From: Clostridia bacterium
Lineage (GTDB): Bacteria > Bacillota > Clostridia > Oscillospirales > CAG-272
Direction: 5' to 3'
Assembly (NCBI GenBank): GCA_017451485.1
Contig: JAFTOG010000050.1
Location: 1,380-65,379 of the forward strand
Length of the DNA: 64,000 nucleotides
Made by a program: the position numbers and the translations under genes. The notes beneath the pieces are model-generated. The model was not told the origin of the DNA and made no database searches. It worked only from the letters and a program-made list of their open reading frames with translations. Shown here one piece after another: positions 54,714 to 64,000 of this stretch. Each line of letters opens with the position of its first letter. The stretch's first letter is position 1.

Positions 54714-56108
54714 ATGGATAACGAAAAAACAAGGGAGGAGCTCCTTAAAGAAAAGCTCTTTTATAAGAAAGAAAACACATTTGCAAACGCAGATGAGGAT
54801 TACAGCAAGAAGGTTAGCGATTATGCCGAGGGCTACAAATCATTTCTTGACAACGCCAAGACAGAGAGAGAGGCTGTGTGCGAGAGTATAAAAATGCTCA
54901 AGAACGCAGGATATACCGAGTACAATCTCGGCGATAAGATAGAAAAGGGTGGAGCCTACTATTTTAATAACAGAGGCAAGAGCCTGTATGCCTTCAGAAT
55001 AGGTGAGGAAAATGTTGAAAACGGCATAAGAATATGTGCAGCACACATAGATTCTCCCCGTCTTGATCTGAAGCAGCATCCACTTTATGAAAATGAGGGA
55101 CTTGCTTATTTCAAGACACATTATTACGGTGGTATAAGAAAATATCAGTGGGTAACAATTCCCTTGGCTCTTCACGGTGTTGTGACTCTTATAAACGGAG
55201 AGAATGTTGAAATTACAATAGGCGAAAACGAAAATGACCCTGTATTCTGTATAACAGACCTTCTCCCCCATCTTGCAAGGGAGCAGGTATCCAAGCCTAT
55301 GGGCTCTGTATTTACGGGAGAGGGAATGAATCTTCTTATAGGCTCTCAGCCCTTCGGTAAATGCGATGAGGCAGTAAAGCTTAATGTACTGAGTATCCTT
55401 AATGAAAAATACGGCATTTCCGAAAATGATTTTATGAGTGCCGAGCTTGTGGCTCTCCCTGCCGGAAAGGCAAGAGATATGGGACTTGATAAGTCTATGA
55501 TTCACGCCTACGGACACGATGATAAGGTATGTGCATATCCTGCTCTTACCTCTATTATTGATTGCAAGGACAGCAAGCATACGATTATGTGTATTCTTGC
55601 CGATAAGGAGGAAATAGGCTCCGACGGTGTAAGTGGTATGAAGTCATCGTTGATGGTAGATCTCTTAAATGAAATCGCTGTGGCTACAGGTGCTAACGCA
55701 AGTGTAGTAAGAGCAAATTCCATGTGTCTGTCAGCTGATGTAAACGCAGGCTATGACCCTATGTTCCCCGAGGTTTACGAAAAGAGAAACAGTGCTATTA
55801 TGAACTGTGGTGTTGTAATGTCCAAGTACACAGGCTCGGGTGGAAAGAGCTCCACAAGTGACGCAAGTGCGGAGTATGTGGCATATATCCGTAAAATTTT
55901 CCGGGATGAAGGGGTAATCTGGCAGACTGCAGAGCTCGGTAAGGTAGATGCAGGAGGTGGAGGAACTGTTGCTAAATATATCGCCAACCAGAATATAACC
56001 ACAGTAGACCTCGGTGTTCCTGTTCTTTCTATGCATGCCCCCTATGAGGTTATTGCTAAAAACGATCTTTATGAAACACACAAGGCATTCTGTGCATTTT
56101 GCAAATAA
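54714..56108 (+). CDS. M18-family aminopeptidase
   Basis: ICAAHIDSPRLDLKQ...YFKTHYYGGI...HGVV...AYGHDDKVCAY...DKEEIGS...SMHAP. Confidence 0.8.
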   Translation: MDNEKTREELLKEKLFYKKENTFANADEDYSKKVSDYAEGYKSFLDNAKTEREAVCESIKMLKNAGYTEYNLGDKIEKGGAYYFNNRGKSLYAFRIGEENVENGIRICAAHIDSPRLDLKQHPLYENEGLAYFKTHYYGGIRKYQWVTIPLALHGVVTLINGENVEITIGENENDPVFCITDLLPHLAREQVSKPMGSVFTGEGMNLLIGSQPFGKCDEAVKLNVLSILNEKYGISENDFMSAELVALPAGKARDMGLDKSMIHAYGHDDKVCAYPALTSIIDCKDSKHTIMCILADKEEIGSDGVSGMKSSLMVDLLNEIAVATGANASVVRANSMCLSADVNAGYDPMFPEVYEKRNSAIMNCGVVMSKYTGSGGKSSTSDASAEYVAYIRKIFRDEGVIWQTAELGKVDAGGGGTVAKYIANQNITTVDLGVPVLSMHAPYEVIAKNDLYETHKAFCAFCK

Positions 56109-56119
56109 GGAGTTACATT

Positions 56120-56527
56120 ATGATAGAAAAGGCTAAATTGGAAAATATAACAGCTCTTCCTAAGGAGGAGGCACTCGGGCTTCTCGGCTTTGGACTTGTA
56201 CACATCGGCATAAACTGTGAAAATAAGGAAGAGGCACAGAAGGGTGCTATGCTTGTTTCCACACTCTTCGGACTTGAGTATAAGCCCGGAAACAAATCCA
56301 CCTTTTCAGGAACGGATTTTGAATTTATGCATATGCCCTTTTACGGTAAGAACGGACATATAGCCATTGCCACCAATTCCCCCGATGGAGCAAGAAGGTA
56401 TCTTGAGGCACAGGGCGTTGAGTTTATTGAGGAAACAGCTGCATATGATGATAACGGAAGCCTCAAGGTAATTTATTTTAAGGAAGAGATTTGCGGCTTC
56501 GCAATTCATTTGGTACAGAAGAAATAA
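56120..56527 (+). CDS. VOC/glyoxalase-fold family protein
   Basis: LVHIGINCEN...GHIAIAT pattern. AAGGAG lies 7 nt before the ATG at 56120. Confidence 0.5.
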   Translation: MIEKAKLENITALPKEEALGLLGFGLVHIGINCENKEEAQKGAMLVSTLFGLEYKPGNKSTFSGTDFEFMHMPFYGKNGHIAIATNSPDGARRYLEAQGVEFIEETAAYDDNGSLKVIYFKEEICGFAIHLVQKK

Positions 56528-56528
56528 T

Positions 56529-57590
56529 ATGTTTGACAAGTTAAAGACAGCAGAAGAAAGATTTCTGCAATTAGAGGACAAATTAGCTTCTCCCGATGTG
56601 GCACAAAATCAGGAGGAGTTTACAAAGATAATGAAGGAGTATAAAAATCTTACTCCCATTATAGAAAAATACCGTGAGTATAAAAAGCTGACCGAGGACA
56701 TGGAGGGTGCAAGACTCCTTATGGAGGAGGGCGGTGAGCTATACGAAATGGCACTTGAGGAATATAAGGACTGTAAGGAAAAGATATCCCTGGCAGAGGA
56801 GGAATTGAAAATACTCCTTATTCCAAAGGACCCCAATGATGATAAGAATGTAGTGGTTGAAATCAGAGGTGGTGCAGGCGGTGAGGAGGCAGCCCTCTTT
56901 GCCTATGTGCTTTACAGAATGTACAATATGTATTCCCAGACAGCAGGCTTTAAGACCGAGCTTTTAAGCTGCAATGAAACAGAGCTCGGAGGCTTTAAGG
57001 AGGTCACCTTTATGATATCGGGTGAGGGTGCCTTTTCCAGATTCAAGTTTGAAAGTGGAGTGCACAGAGTACAGAGAGTGCCGGAGACAGAGACCCAGGG
57101 TAGAATACACACATCAACAGCCACAGTAGCCGTATTACCGGAGGCTGAGGAGGTGGAAATAGAGATTGCTCCCACCGATGTAATTATAGAAACCTGTAAG
57201 AGCAGCGGTGCAGGAGGACAGCATGTAAATAAGACAGAATCTGCCATAAGACTTATCCACAAGCCTACCGGTATAGTGGTGGAATGTCAGGATGAGAGAA
57301 GCCAGTTTAAGAACAAGGACAAGGCATTCAAGCTCCTCCGTACCAAGCTTTATGATATGAAGCAACAGGAGATGGACTCAAAAATCGCTTCGGAGAGAAA
57401 GAGCCAGGTCGGTACAGGCGACAGAAGTGAAAGAATAAGGACCTATAATTACCCTCAGGGCAGAGTTACAGACCACAGAATAGGCTTTACCGTATATTCT
57501 CTGGAGGCGTTTTTGAACGGAGATATCGGGCAGATGCTTGATAAATTGGCAACAGCAGATGCAGCAGAAAAATTAAAGGGCGAAGAATAA
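56529..57590 (+). CDS. prfA: peptide chain release factor 1
   Basis: PxT tripeptide context RVQRVPETETQGRIHTS and the GGQ motif SSGAGGQHVNKT. Confidence 0.92.
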   Translation: MFDKLKTAEERFLQLEDKLASPDVAQNQEEFTKIMKEYKNLTPIIEKYREYKKLTEDMEGARLLMEEGGELYEMALEEYKDCKEKISLAEEELKILLIPKDPNDDKNVVVEIRGGAGGEEAALFAYVLYRMYNMYSQTAGFKTELLSCNETELGGFKEVTFMISGEGAFSRFKFESGVHRVQRVPETETQGRIHTSTATVAVLPEAEEVEIEIAPTDVIIETCKSSGAGGQHVNKTESAIRLIHKPTGIVVECQDERSQFKNKDKAFKLLRTKLYDMKQQEMDSKIASERKSQVGTGDRSERIRTYNYPQGRVTDHRIGFTVYSLEAFLNGDIGQMLDKLATADAAEKLKGEE

Positions 57591-58627
57591 TGAAGACAGA
57601 AGTATTCCAGGTAACAGAAAAATCAGATATCATTCTCAGAAGGGCGGCAGAGCTTATATGCAGGGGCTCTCTTGTCGGCATACCCACCGAGACCGTGTAC
57701 GGACTCGGTGCCAATGCATTTGACAAAGATGCCTGCCTCGATATATTTAAGGCAAAGGGTCGTCCTGCCGATAATCCGTTGATTGTACATATAGCTGAGC
57801 CTGAGGATGCAGAAAAAATTGCTTATACCAATTCTTTATACTATAAGCTTGCAGAAAGATTTATGCCGGGACCTCTTACGGTTATAATGCCTAAAAGGGA
57901 GATTATTCCCGATTCCGTAACGGCAGGTCTTGATACAGTAGCTATAAGATGTCCGAAAAATAAGGTGGCAAATCAGCTTATAAGACTGTCGGGAGTGCCT
58001 ATTGCTGCCCCCTCGGCTAACAGATCGGGTATGCCCTCTCCCACAAGTGCATCACATGTGTTCAAGGACATGGACGGTATAATACCAATGATACTTGACG
58101 GTGGAGAATGTGAGGTGGGTGTTGAATCTACTGTAATTTCCATAACCGAGGATTCCATAATTCTCCTTCGACCGGGACAGGTAACCCTCGAGATGCTTAA
58201 GGAGATATGTGATAATGTAACCGTGTCTTCGGCTGTCACAGAGGAGCTGAAGCCGGGGGAAAAGGCACTTTCTCCCGGTATGAAATACAAGCACTATGCT
58301 CCAAGGGCAGATCTGTATCTTGTGGATGACAGATACATAGATTTTGTTTCCTTCACCAAGGAAAAGCACAGGATTGAAAAATGTGCTATTATGTGCTATG
58401 ACGAGGAGATTGAAAAATACACAGATGAGACCCTTTTGCCCGTAGGTGGGGAAATGGATATTAAGGAACAGACAAAACGACTCTTTGATATACTGCGTAG
58501 AGCAGATGATATGGGAGTCTGTACAATATACGCACATCTGCCAAGTAAGGATGGAGAGGCTCTTGCAATATATAACAGGATGATAAGAGCTTGTGCACAT
58601 AGGATATTAGGAGGAAAAAATGGCTAA
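57590..58627 (+). CDS. tsaC: L-threonylcarbamoyladenylate synthase (Sua5/YwlC/TsaC type, with Sua5 C-domain)
   Basis: GIPTETVYGLGANAF, KGRPADNPLIVHI, and APSANRSG. Confidence 0.88.
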   Translation: MKTEVFQVTEKSDIILRRAAELICRGSLVGIPTETVYGLGANAFDKDACLDIFKAKGRPADNPLIVHIAEPEDAEKIAYTNSLYYKLAERFMPGPLTVIMPKREIIPDSVTAGLDTVAIRCPKNKVANQLIRLSGVPIAAPSANRSGMPSPTSASHVFKDMDGIIPMILDGGECEVGVESTVISITEDSIILLRPGQVTLEMLKEICDNVTVSSAVTEELKPGEKALSPGMKYKHYAPRADLYLVDDRYIDFVSFTKEKHRIEKCAIMCYDEEIEKYTDETLLPVGGEMDIKEQTKRLFDILRRADDMGVCTIYAHLPSKDGEALAIYNRMIRACAHRILGGKNG

Positions 58628-60851
58628 GGCAAAAAAAGAAGTAATAAAACAGTATGTGGAGAGGGAGCCAACTCTTCAGCCAATTACCGAAACCATAGAA
58701 ACCAACTATATGCCCTATGTAGTCAGTGTAATGGTATCAAGAGCTATTCCCGAAATAGATGGCTTTAAGCCCTCACACAGAAAGCTCCTTTATACAATGT
58801 ATAAAATGGGACTTATGAACGGACCGAGGAGAAAGAGTGCGAATATCGTGGGAGAAACCATGAAGCTACATCCCCACGGTGATATGTCCATATACGAGAC
58901 TCTTGTAAGGCTTACAAGGGATAACGAAACGCTTTTACATCCGTTTATAGATTCAAAGGGTAGCTTCGGTAAGCAGTACAGCAGTATGGCATTTGCTGCA
59001 CCGAGATATACTGAGGCGAGGCTGGAGCCCTTTTGCTCCGAGATATTCACGGGTATAGACAGGGATTCTGTCGATATGGTGGATAACTATGACGGAACAA
59101 TGAAGGAGCCAAGGCTTCTTCCCACCAGCTTTCCAAATATTCTTGTATCACCGAATCTGGGTATTGCAGTAGGTCTTGCATCGTCGATTTGCTCCTTCAA
59201 CCTGTCGGAGATATGCGACGCTACAATTTCCATACTTAAAAACCCGAAGACTAATACAGAAAAGCTACTCGAAATTGTAAAGGCCCCCGATTTTCCGGGT
59301 GGTGGCTTTGTTATATATGACAGAGACCAGATGACTAAGGTGTATGAAACCGGAAAGGGCTCTGTAAAGCTCCGTGCTAAGTGTGAGTACAATAAAAATG
59401 ATAATTGCATAGACATTCTTGAAATCCCGTATTCCACCTCTATAGAGGCTATAAGAAAGGATATTATGGATAACAAGGATGATAAGCTTAAGGAGATAAC
59501 TGCCTTCAATGACGAAATAGGTAAGGACGGCTTTAAGATTTCTCTTGGACTGAAAAGGGACGCAGAGCCTGATAAGGTTATACAAAAGCTGTATAAATTT
59601 ACCTCCCTGGAGGATTCCTTCTCCTGCAATTTCAACGTAATAGTAGACAGTGTGCCCAAGCAATTGGGAATAAAAGGCATTATTGAGGAATGGATAAGAT
59701 TCCGAGTTGGATGCCTTCGCCGTGAGTTTAACTTCGACCTGAATAAGAAGAGTGAAAAGCTTCATTTGTTATTGGGACTTGGTAAAATACTCCTTGATAT
59801 TGATAAGGCAATCAAGATTGTTAAGGAAACAGAGAGAGATCAGGATGTAGTCCCCAACCTTATGAAGGGATTTGGAATAGACGAGCTACAGGCAGAATAT
59901 ATTGCTGATATCAAGCTTCGTCACCTTAACAGAGAATATATTATCAACCGATTGGCAGATATAGAATCCTTGCAGAAGGATATTGCAACTCTTAAGGAGA
60001 TAATTGCCGACGAGCTTAAGATAAAGGCATATATTGTAAAGCAGCTTCTTGATATAAAGAAGAAGTACGGTCAGCCGAGAAAAACTCAGATAATGTACGC
60101 ATCCGATATAGTAGAGCTTACAAAGGATGATATGATAGAGGATTACGAGGTTAATCTCTTCTATACAAAGGACGGCTACTTAAAGAAGATTACCAATCAG
60201 TCCTTAAGAGGAAATTCCGAGCAGAGGCTCAAGGATGGAGACAGCCTTATTTACACAGGTGAGGTCAATAATAAGGACGAGCTTATGTTCTTTACAAATC
60301 AGGCACAGGTTTACTTTTCCAGAGTATCTGATTTTGAGCTGACAAAGGCATCCGAGCTTGGAGAATATGTAGGAAAGCGTCTTAATTTCGACGAGGGGGA
60401 AAGACCTATTCTTATGATAGTAAATCCCGATTTCAGCGAGAAGCAAAATATCATTTTCGCCTTTGAAAACGGTAAGGCGGTAAGAGTACCAATGAGTGAA
60501 TATGCGACACAGAGCTCAAGAAAAAAGCTAAAGAAGGCTTATTCCTCAGCATCTCCCATTGTGGGTGCTATATATGAGACATCCGATAAGCACATACTTA
60601 TTTTAAATTCAGAGGACAAGGCAATACTTATCCGTCCGTCACTAATCCCCATAAAGACCACAAGGACCTCCATAGGAACTACGGTTTTTGCTATGAATCT
60701 GAAGAAGAATCAGAAGCTTGTGGAAATTATAGATGATTATGAAAAACGCTATCCCGAGGCTTATCAGCAATACCGAAAGACAAAAATTCCTGCAACGGGT
60801 ACGCTTTTAAGCGACAAGGATATAACAAAAAAGCAAATTAAGCTGAAATAA
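58620..60851 (+). CDS. type IIA topoisomerase subunit A (ParC/GyrA-like)
   Basis: YMPYVVSVMVSRAIPEIDGFKPSHRKLLY, HPHGD, and active-site Tyr context AAPRYTEARL. At 743 aa the C-terminal domain is short. No B-subunit gene is adjacent. Confidence 0.8.
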   Translation: MAKAKKEVIKQYVEREPTLQPITETIETNYMPYVVSVMVSRAIPEIDGFKPSHRKLLYTMYKMGLMNGPRRKSANIVGETMKLHPHGDMSIYETLVRLTRDNETLLHPFIDSKGSFGKQYSSMAFAAPRYTEARLEPFCSEIFTGIDRDSVDMVDNYDGTMKEPRLLPTSFPNILVSPNLGIAVGLASSICSFNLSEICDATISILKNPKTNTEKLLEIVKAPDFPGGGFVIYDRDQMTKVYETGKGSVKLRAKCEYNKNDNCIDILEIPYSTSIEAIRKDIMDNKDDKLKEITAFNDEIGKDGFKISLGLKRDAEPDKVIQKLYKFTSLEDSFSCNFNVIVDSVPKQLGIKGIIEEWIRFRVGCLRREFNFDLNKKSEKLHLLLGLGKILLDIDKAIKIVKETERDQDVVPNLMKGFGIDELQAEYIADIKLRHLNREYIINRLADIESLQKDIATLKEIIADELKIKAYIVKQLLDIKKKYGQPRKTQIMYASDIVELTKDDMIEDYEVNLFYTKDGYLKKITNQSLRGNSEQRLKDGDSLIYTGEVNNKDELMFFTNQAQVYFSRVSDFELTKASELGEYVGKRLNFDEGERPILMIVNPDFSEKQNIIFAFENGKAVRVPMSEYATQSSRKKLKKAYSSASPIVGAIYETSDKHILILNSEDKAILIRPSLIPIKTTRTSIGTTVFAMNLKKNQKLVEIIDDYEKRYPEAYQQYRKTKIPATGTLLSDKDITKKQIKLK

Positions 60852-60864
60852 ACGGAGAAGAAAA

Positions 60865-60978
60865 ATGGCAAACAATAATGAAAAAAAGCCCAATAGAGCA
60901 GTACAGATATTGGCAGTCGTGCTCGCTGGCTTAATGGTCAGTGGTGCCGTAATAACAATTGTTACACTTCTTTTGTGA
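60865..60978 (+). CDS. 37-aa single-TM mini-protein
   Basis: MANNNEKKPNRAVQILAVVLAGLMVSGAVITIVTLLL. SD GGAGAAG lies upstream, followed by the hairpin at 60990-61017. Confidence 0.3.
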   Translation: MANNNEKKPNRAVQILAVVLAGLMVSGAVITIVTLLL

Positions 60979-61061
60979 TGATTTTAGGCCCCTATCCGAT
61001 AATAAAATCGGATAGGGACTAAGCTTCACAAAATAAAAATAAAAAAATTTGTAAAAAGGTA

Positions 61062-61090
61062 TTGACAAAGGCTAAAACATTTGCTATAAT
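61062..61090 (+). promoter_or_regulatory. consensus sigma-A promoter TTGACA-17-TATAAT for the tRNA
   Basis: TTGACA at 61062-61067 and TATAAT at 61085-61090. Confidence 0.7.
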
Positions 61091-61121
61091 AACTGAGCAA
61101 GTTCGCAAGAACGATATATAT

Positions 61122-61204
61122 GCGAGAGTGGCGGAATCGGCAGACGCGCACGTTTGAGGGGCGTGTGGGCAACCGTACGGGTTCAAGTCCCGTTTCTCGC
61201 ACCA
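61122..61204 (+). tRNA. tRNA-Leu (anticodon GAG), CCA encoded
   Basis: Acceptor GCGAGAG/TTCTCGC, a D-arm like E. coli tRNA-Leu (GTGGCGGAATCGGCAGACGC), anticodon stem CACGT/GCGTG with loop TTGAGGG, a long variable arm, and T-arm ACGGG-TTCAAGT-CCCGT. Confidence 0.85.
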
Positions 61205-61206
61205 AG

Positions 61207-61238
61207 AAAAACCATCCAAAAGGATGGTTTTTTGTTTT
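61207..61238 (+). terminator. hairpin terminator after the tRNA
   Basis: AAAAACCATCC/GGATGGTTTTT stem, then TGTTTT. Confidence 0.7.
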
Positions 61239-61254
61239 CAAAAATTGAAGTGAA

Positions 61255-61358
61255 GGGACTTGAAGCGGGAGTGGTGTTGAATGACAGTCCGGTGGACTGT
61301 CAGATCCACGGACGGACCGAACTCCGCAGAGTGAGACCAAGTCCCGTTTCTCGCACCA
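61255..61358 (+). ncRNA. structured tRNA-Leu-derived element (pseudo-tRNA / att scar) ending in a 21-nt copy of the tRNA 3' end
   Basis: CAAGTCCCGTTTCTCGCACCA at 61338-61358 is identical to 61184-61204. The 5' part GCGGGAGTGGTGTTGAATG resembles the tRNA 5' end. Nested stems at 61255-62/61338-45, 61265-71/61322-27 and 61282-90/61294-302. Confidence 0.45.
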
Positions 61359-61362
61359 CTTT

Positions 61363-61399
61363 GAGTCTAAGTTGAACCATCGACTTAGACTCTTTTTTT
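61363..61399 (+). terminator. intrinsic terminator after the tRNA-like element
   Basis: Perfect 10-bp stem GAGTCTAAGT/ACTTAGACTC, then TTTTTTT. Confidence 0.75.
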
Positions 61400-61565
61400 G
61401 TTGAAATTTGCATATGTTCGTGCAAAAAGGGTGGGACATCAAATCCCACCCTGATTTTATTTGTATTGGAATTAATTTCAACCCTCCCGATTGAAGAAGG
61501 GGGCTTTTTTTGTGAGTGTGTAAATATTCAAATAACAATCTAAGTAATACAATATCGTTGTTAGT

Positions 61566-63149
61566 TTATGGATTTATATTTCCATCCAAAATGCAGAATA
61601 TACCATCAGTTAATGGCTTTTCATAATGAGGTTTTTTTAGCACTCCTCTTCGTATCAATTCATCTGATACATAACCGATTAATTGATTAAGGTATGATGA
61701 CATCCATTGATTTATTTGACCGTGAAGTCTTTTTGGTACAAACTCTGTAAAACTTTTGTGTATAGATAAAATCCATTTAGAAAGTAATCTATCTATTTCT
61801 CCATTGTCAATATTAAAATGTGAAATAAATTTTTGGAATTGCTCTTGTGAGAAGCATGCAAAGTTAAGCTTATATCCTTGTGAACACTTAGAAATTAAAT
61901 TGTTTTTAATAAGCATTGCAGCATCTTCATCACATAGCAAATTATTAGGAAATACACCATTTTTACTTTGGCTCACAATATTTTTGCTACATAAAAATCG
62001 AGTTCCTATGCCGTGATAAATATCATTTTCAAAATATTTCCCTATCCAATAGTAGTATATGCCTAAAGATTTAGAACTTTCAATGGCTATATTGCATCCA
62101 GATTCGTATTCTGAACTATTTTCTTCGCTATCTGCTGTCTCTTCAACAATAAACCATCCATATCCACCATCTTTTCTTGGAGGAAATGGACCGCTTTTTA
62201 AATTAAGATGATTATTTTTAATATTTTCAATTTTATTGCGAATGAGATAAGGAACTATAAAATAACCAAGGCGTTCTATACCGAATTCTTTGCCGTAAAA
62301 ATCAGAATTTTCAATAATGTATATACATTGGTTAAATATCATTTCAAAATAATCTGAAAAAACTTCAATTATTTCTGATGAAGCACACTCGACTTTTTTT
62401 CTATTATCCAAGCTAAATATTATGAAATCAGTTGCATATTTATTTCCAACCTTACATATTGCATCTCCATATTCAAGACGAGGAAGTTCATCTTCGATAT
62501 ATAATGCGGGTATTCCTGTCTTTATACTTATTTCATCTATTGTCAATGGCTTTTCATAGCATGCAAGGCATATGGCTCGGGCTACTTGAGAAAAAAGGTA
62601 TTTGTTAGAATTCATATTTCCGTTGCAATATGTATTCCAATTTGTTCGTTTGTATATTTTATCCATTTTATTTTCTCCTACTCTGTTTTTGATTTTAATA
62701 CGACCCATGTTTAGTCGCCATTTTATTGTAGTTTCGGGGAGAGAATATTTTTTCGCCAAGGAACGGATAGACATTCCGTCGATATAATAATCAACAAATA
62801 TATTTCTGTATTCTGATGACAAGGTATGAAGATTTTTGAATACCGCTTCGAATTGCTGTTTGGTGGATTCCTCATCAACTTCTGTATAGTCTGCTATATC
62901 AAACAAAGTATCATTGTCAAACAACATTATAGGATTTTTATTTTTATCATTTATAAATCTTGCGTATCTGTTATGCGCTATACGCCATATCCATGAATCA
63001 AGTGATTTTATATCATATTTGTTTAAACCATCTAAAACATATAACATTATTTCACTTGCTAAATCCTCTGCGTCATGTTTGTTACTTATTCTTTTACAAC
63101 AGAATTTAAAAACAGGATCCACATACTTTGTTATATCTTTTTCCTTCAT
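61566..63149 (-). CDS. sigma-70 family (ECF-like) sigma factor with a ~350-aa C-terminal extension
   Basis: Region 2 (DAEDLASEIMLYV...WIWRIAHNRYARFI) and region 4 HTH (MSIRSLAKKYSLPETTIKWRLNMGR), then a long uncharacterised domain. The gene is AT-rich. Confidence 0.7.
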   Translation of the reverse strand: MKEKDITKYVDPVFKFCCKRISNKHDAEDLASEIMLYVLDGLNKYDIKSLDSWIWRIAHNRYARFINDKNKNPIMLFDNDTLFDIADYTEVDEESTKQQFEAVFKNLHTLSSEYRNIFVDYYIDGMSIRSLAKKYSLPETTIKWRLNMGRIKIKNRVGENKMDKIYKRTNWNTYCNGNMNSNKYLFSQVARAICLACYEKPLTIDEISIKTGIPALYIEDELPRLEYGDAICKVGNKYATDFIIFSLDNRKKVECASSEIIEVFSDYFEMIFNQCIYIIENSDFYGKEFGIERLGYFIVPYLIRNKIENIKNNHLNLKSGPFPPRKDGGYGWFIVEETADSEENSSEYESGCNIAIESSKSLGIYYYWIGKYFENDIYHGIGTRFLCSKNIVSQSKNGVFPNNLLCDEDAAMLIKNNLISKCSQGYKLNFACFSQEQFQKFISHFNIDNGEIDRLLSKWILSIHKSFTEFVPKRLHGQINQWMSSYLNQLIGYVSDELIRRGVLKKPHYEKPLTDGIFCILDGNINP

Positions 63150-63332
63150 ATTTCCTCCTTCTTAGGTATAATCGCGATTATAACCTTACAGTGTGCAAAA
63201 AATACTTTGGATAGGTGTTTTTGAAAATATTATATCAAATTTTACAGAAAAATTCAAATTTTAAAAAAAACTCCTATCCATTTTTAATTTTTAACACTAA
63301 AAGGTTAAAGATACATATCTAAGGAGAAAAAT

Positions 63333-64000
63333 ATGAAAAACAAACATATCTTATTTTTTGTAAAGCATATGTGGAAAGCAGGACCTATAGCTACGATTGC
63401 CAATTTTACACAGTATGTAATGAACGGTCTAAGTGCTTCTTTGATATTGCTATTCACAGGAGAGCTTGTAAATACCATAACATATAGTGAAACATTGCCT
63501 TATGAGCAATCAAAACAAAAAATTATAATTTTAGTTTCATTGATTGCCATAATGCTATTTGTACAATTATTCTTTTATAAATTTTCTCAAGTATTAAGAG
63601 AAAGACAAATCTTTTCGGTACAACAGCATTTAGATAAAGAAATATGTAAAAGGCTAATAAATACGCCAAGTGACACATTGGATACAAAAAAGTTTCAAGA
63701 CGATTTTAGAATCGTTAATGAAACAAATACTAAAATTTATCTTTTTATAACTTATTTATCTATTATATTAGGACAAGCAATACAGCTTATTACCCCACTA
63801 ATTCTTTTGGTAAAGCTTTCGTATTGGATTATTATTCCTTGCGTCGCATTTGCTATTTTATGCACTGTATTGATTATGAAAACGCAAGTTGAGTATTGGA
63901 GCGGTTATATCTCAAACACAGGAATAAGAAGAAAAATGGATTACTTCCTAGGCTTGTTTACAAATAAACAGACCTTATCCGTAATAAAGGCGTTTAAGAC
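63333..64000 (+). CDS. ABC exporter, N-terminal transmembrane domain (3' end beyond the window)
   Basis: The frame is open from the ATG at 63333 (SD AAGGAG) to the window edge. Hydrophobic helices with an ABC-TMD-like layout. It is absent from the ORF track because no stop lies inside the window. Confidence 0.5.
   Translation, partial: MKNKHILFFVKHMWKAGPIATIANFTQYVMNGLSASLILLFTGELVNTITYSETLPYEQSKQKIIILVSLIAIMLFVQLFFYKFSQVLRERQIFSVQQHLDKEICKRLINTPSDTLDTKKFQDDFRIVNETNTKIYLFITYLSIILGQAIQLITPLILLVKLSYWIIIPCVAFAILCTVLIMKTQVEYWSGYISNTGIRRKMDYFLGLFTNKQTLSVIKAFK

Noticed and set aside
61265-61358. I considered the tRNA-like element as a functional tRNA, either tRNA-Sec or a frameshift-suppressor tRNA. 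One alternative hairpin has an 8-nt loop CTGTCAGA containing TCA.
   Set aside because: No T-arm can form, because GTGAG cannot pair with CCCGT. No D-arm of normal geometry is present, and the acceptor stem needs two G-U pairs. A pseudo-tRNA or att scar explains it better.
1-64000. I looked for a CRISPR array, a diversity-generating retroelement (RT gene plus TR/VR), a retron, and toxin-antitoxin pairs.
   Set aside because: No regularly spaced repeats, no reverse-transcriptase ORF and no recognisable TA pair were seen on either strand.

Overview
This window comes from the chromosome of an endospore-forming Firmicute, probably Clostridia-like. That placement rests on the cotJ operon, the gene content and Gram-positive promoter and SD signals. 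The left flank (1-4697) holds the 3' part of a ComEC-like gene, a small promoter/peptide/terminator unit, an ABC-ATPase (COG3044-type) gene, and cotJA-cotJB plus the first 31 codons of cotJC. cotJC is split by a ~44.2-kb temperate phage (4698-48939) bounded by a 12-bp direct repeat, CAGCTTGGTGGA. The rest of cotJC resumes in frame at 48940, so this looks like a skin/SPbeta-type sporulation intervening element. The prophage carries: a large serine integrase; an AT-rich moron pair; a CI/Cro switch with repeated operators and a LexA (Cheo) box in front of a 47-codon ORF; a YqaJ/RecT, replisome-organizer, radical-SAM, ASCH and DUF1064 early region; terS/terL, portal, a phage-encoded Prp-like protease, and scaffold and major capsid genes that both carry an NLQLFA propeptide; a tail module with no recognisable tube or tape-measure gene; a 4707-codon polyvalent ORF; a BppU-like fibre; a membrane-protein cassette; and holin plus an amidase/SPOR endolysin. 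The polyvalent ORF contains a Gly-rich hydrophobic segment, two HExxH motifs, a MutS domain-I-like module, an N6-MTase and an SNF2 helicase. The most unusual observation is that three small ORFs, each with its own SD and ATG, lie nested in the +1 frame of the giant ORF. Each sits exactly where the giant frame degenerates into low-complexity linker. The right flank (48940-64000) is housekeeping: nadK, an NfnAB-like pair, a Gfo/Idh/MocA oxidoreductase, coaE, an M18 aminopeptidase, a VOC protein, prfA, Sua5/TsaC and a ParC/GyrA-like gene. It continues with tRNA-Leu(GAG), a structured tRNA-derived element that repeats the tRNA 3' end, and an AT-rich segment with an extended sigma factor and a partial ABC exporter. 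All calls rest on reading the sequence and on family motifs recalled from memory. No database search was run.
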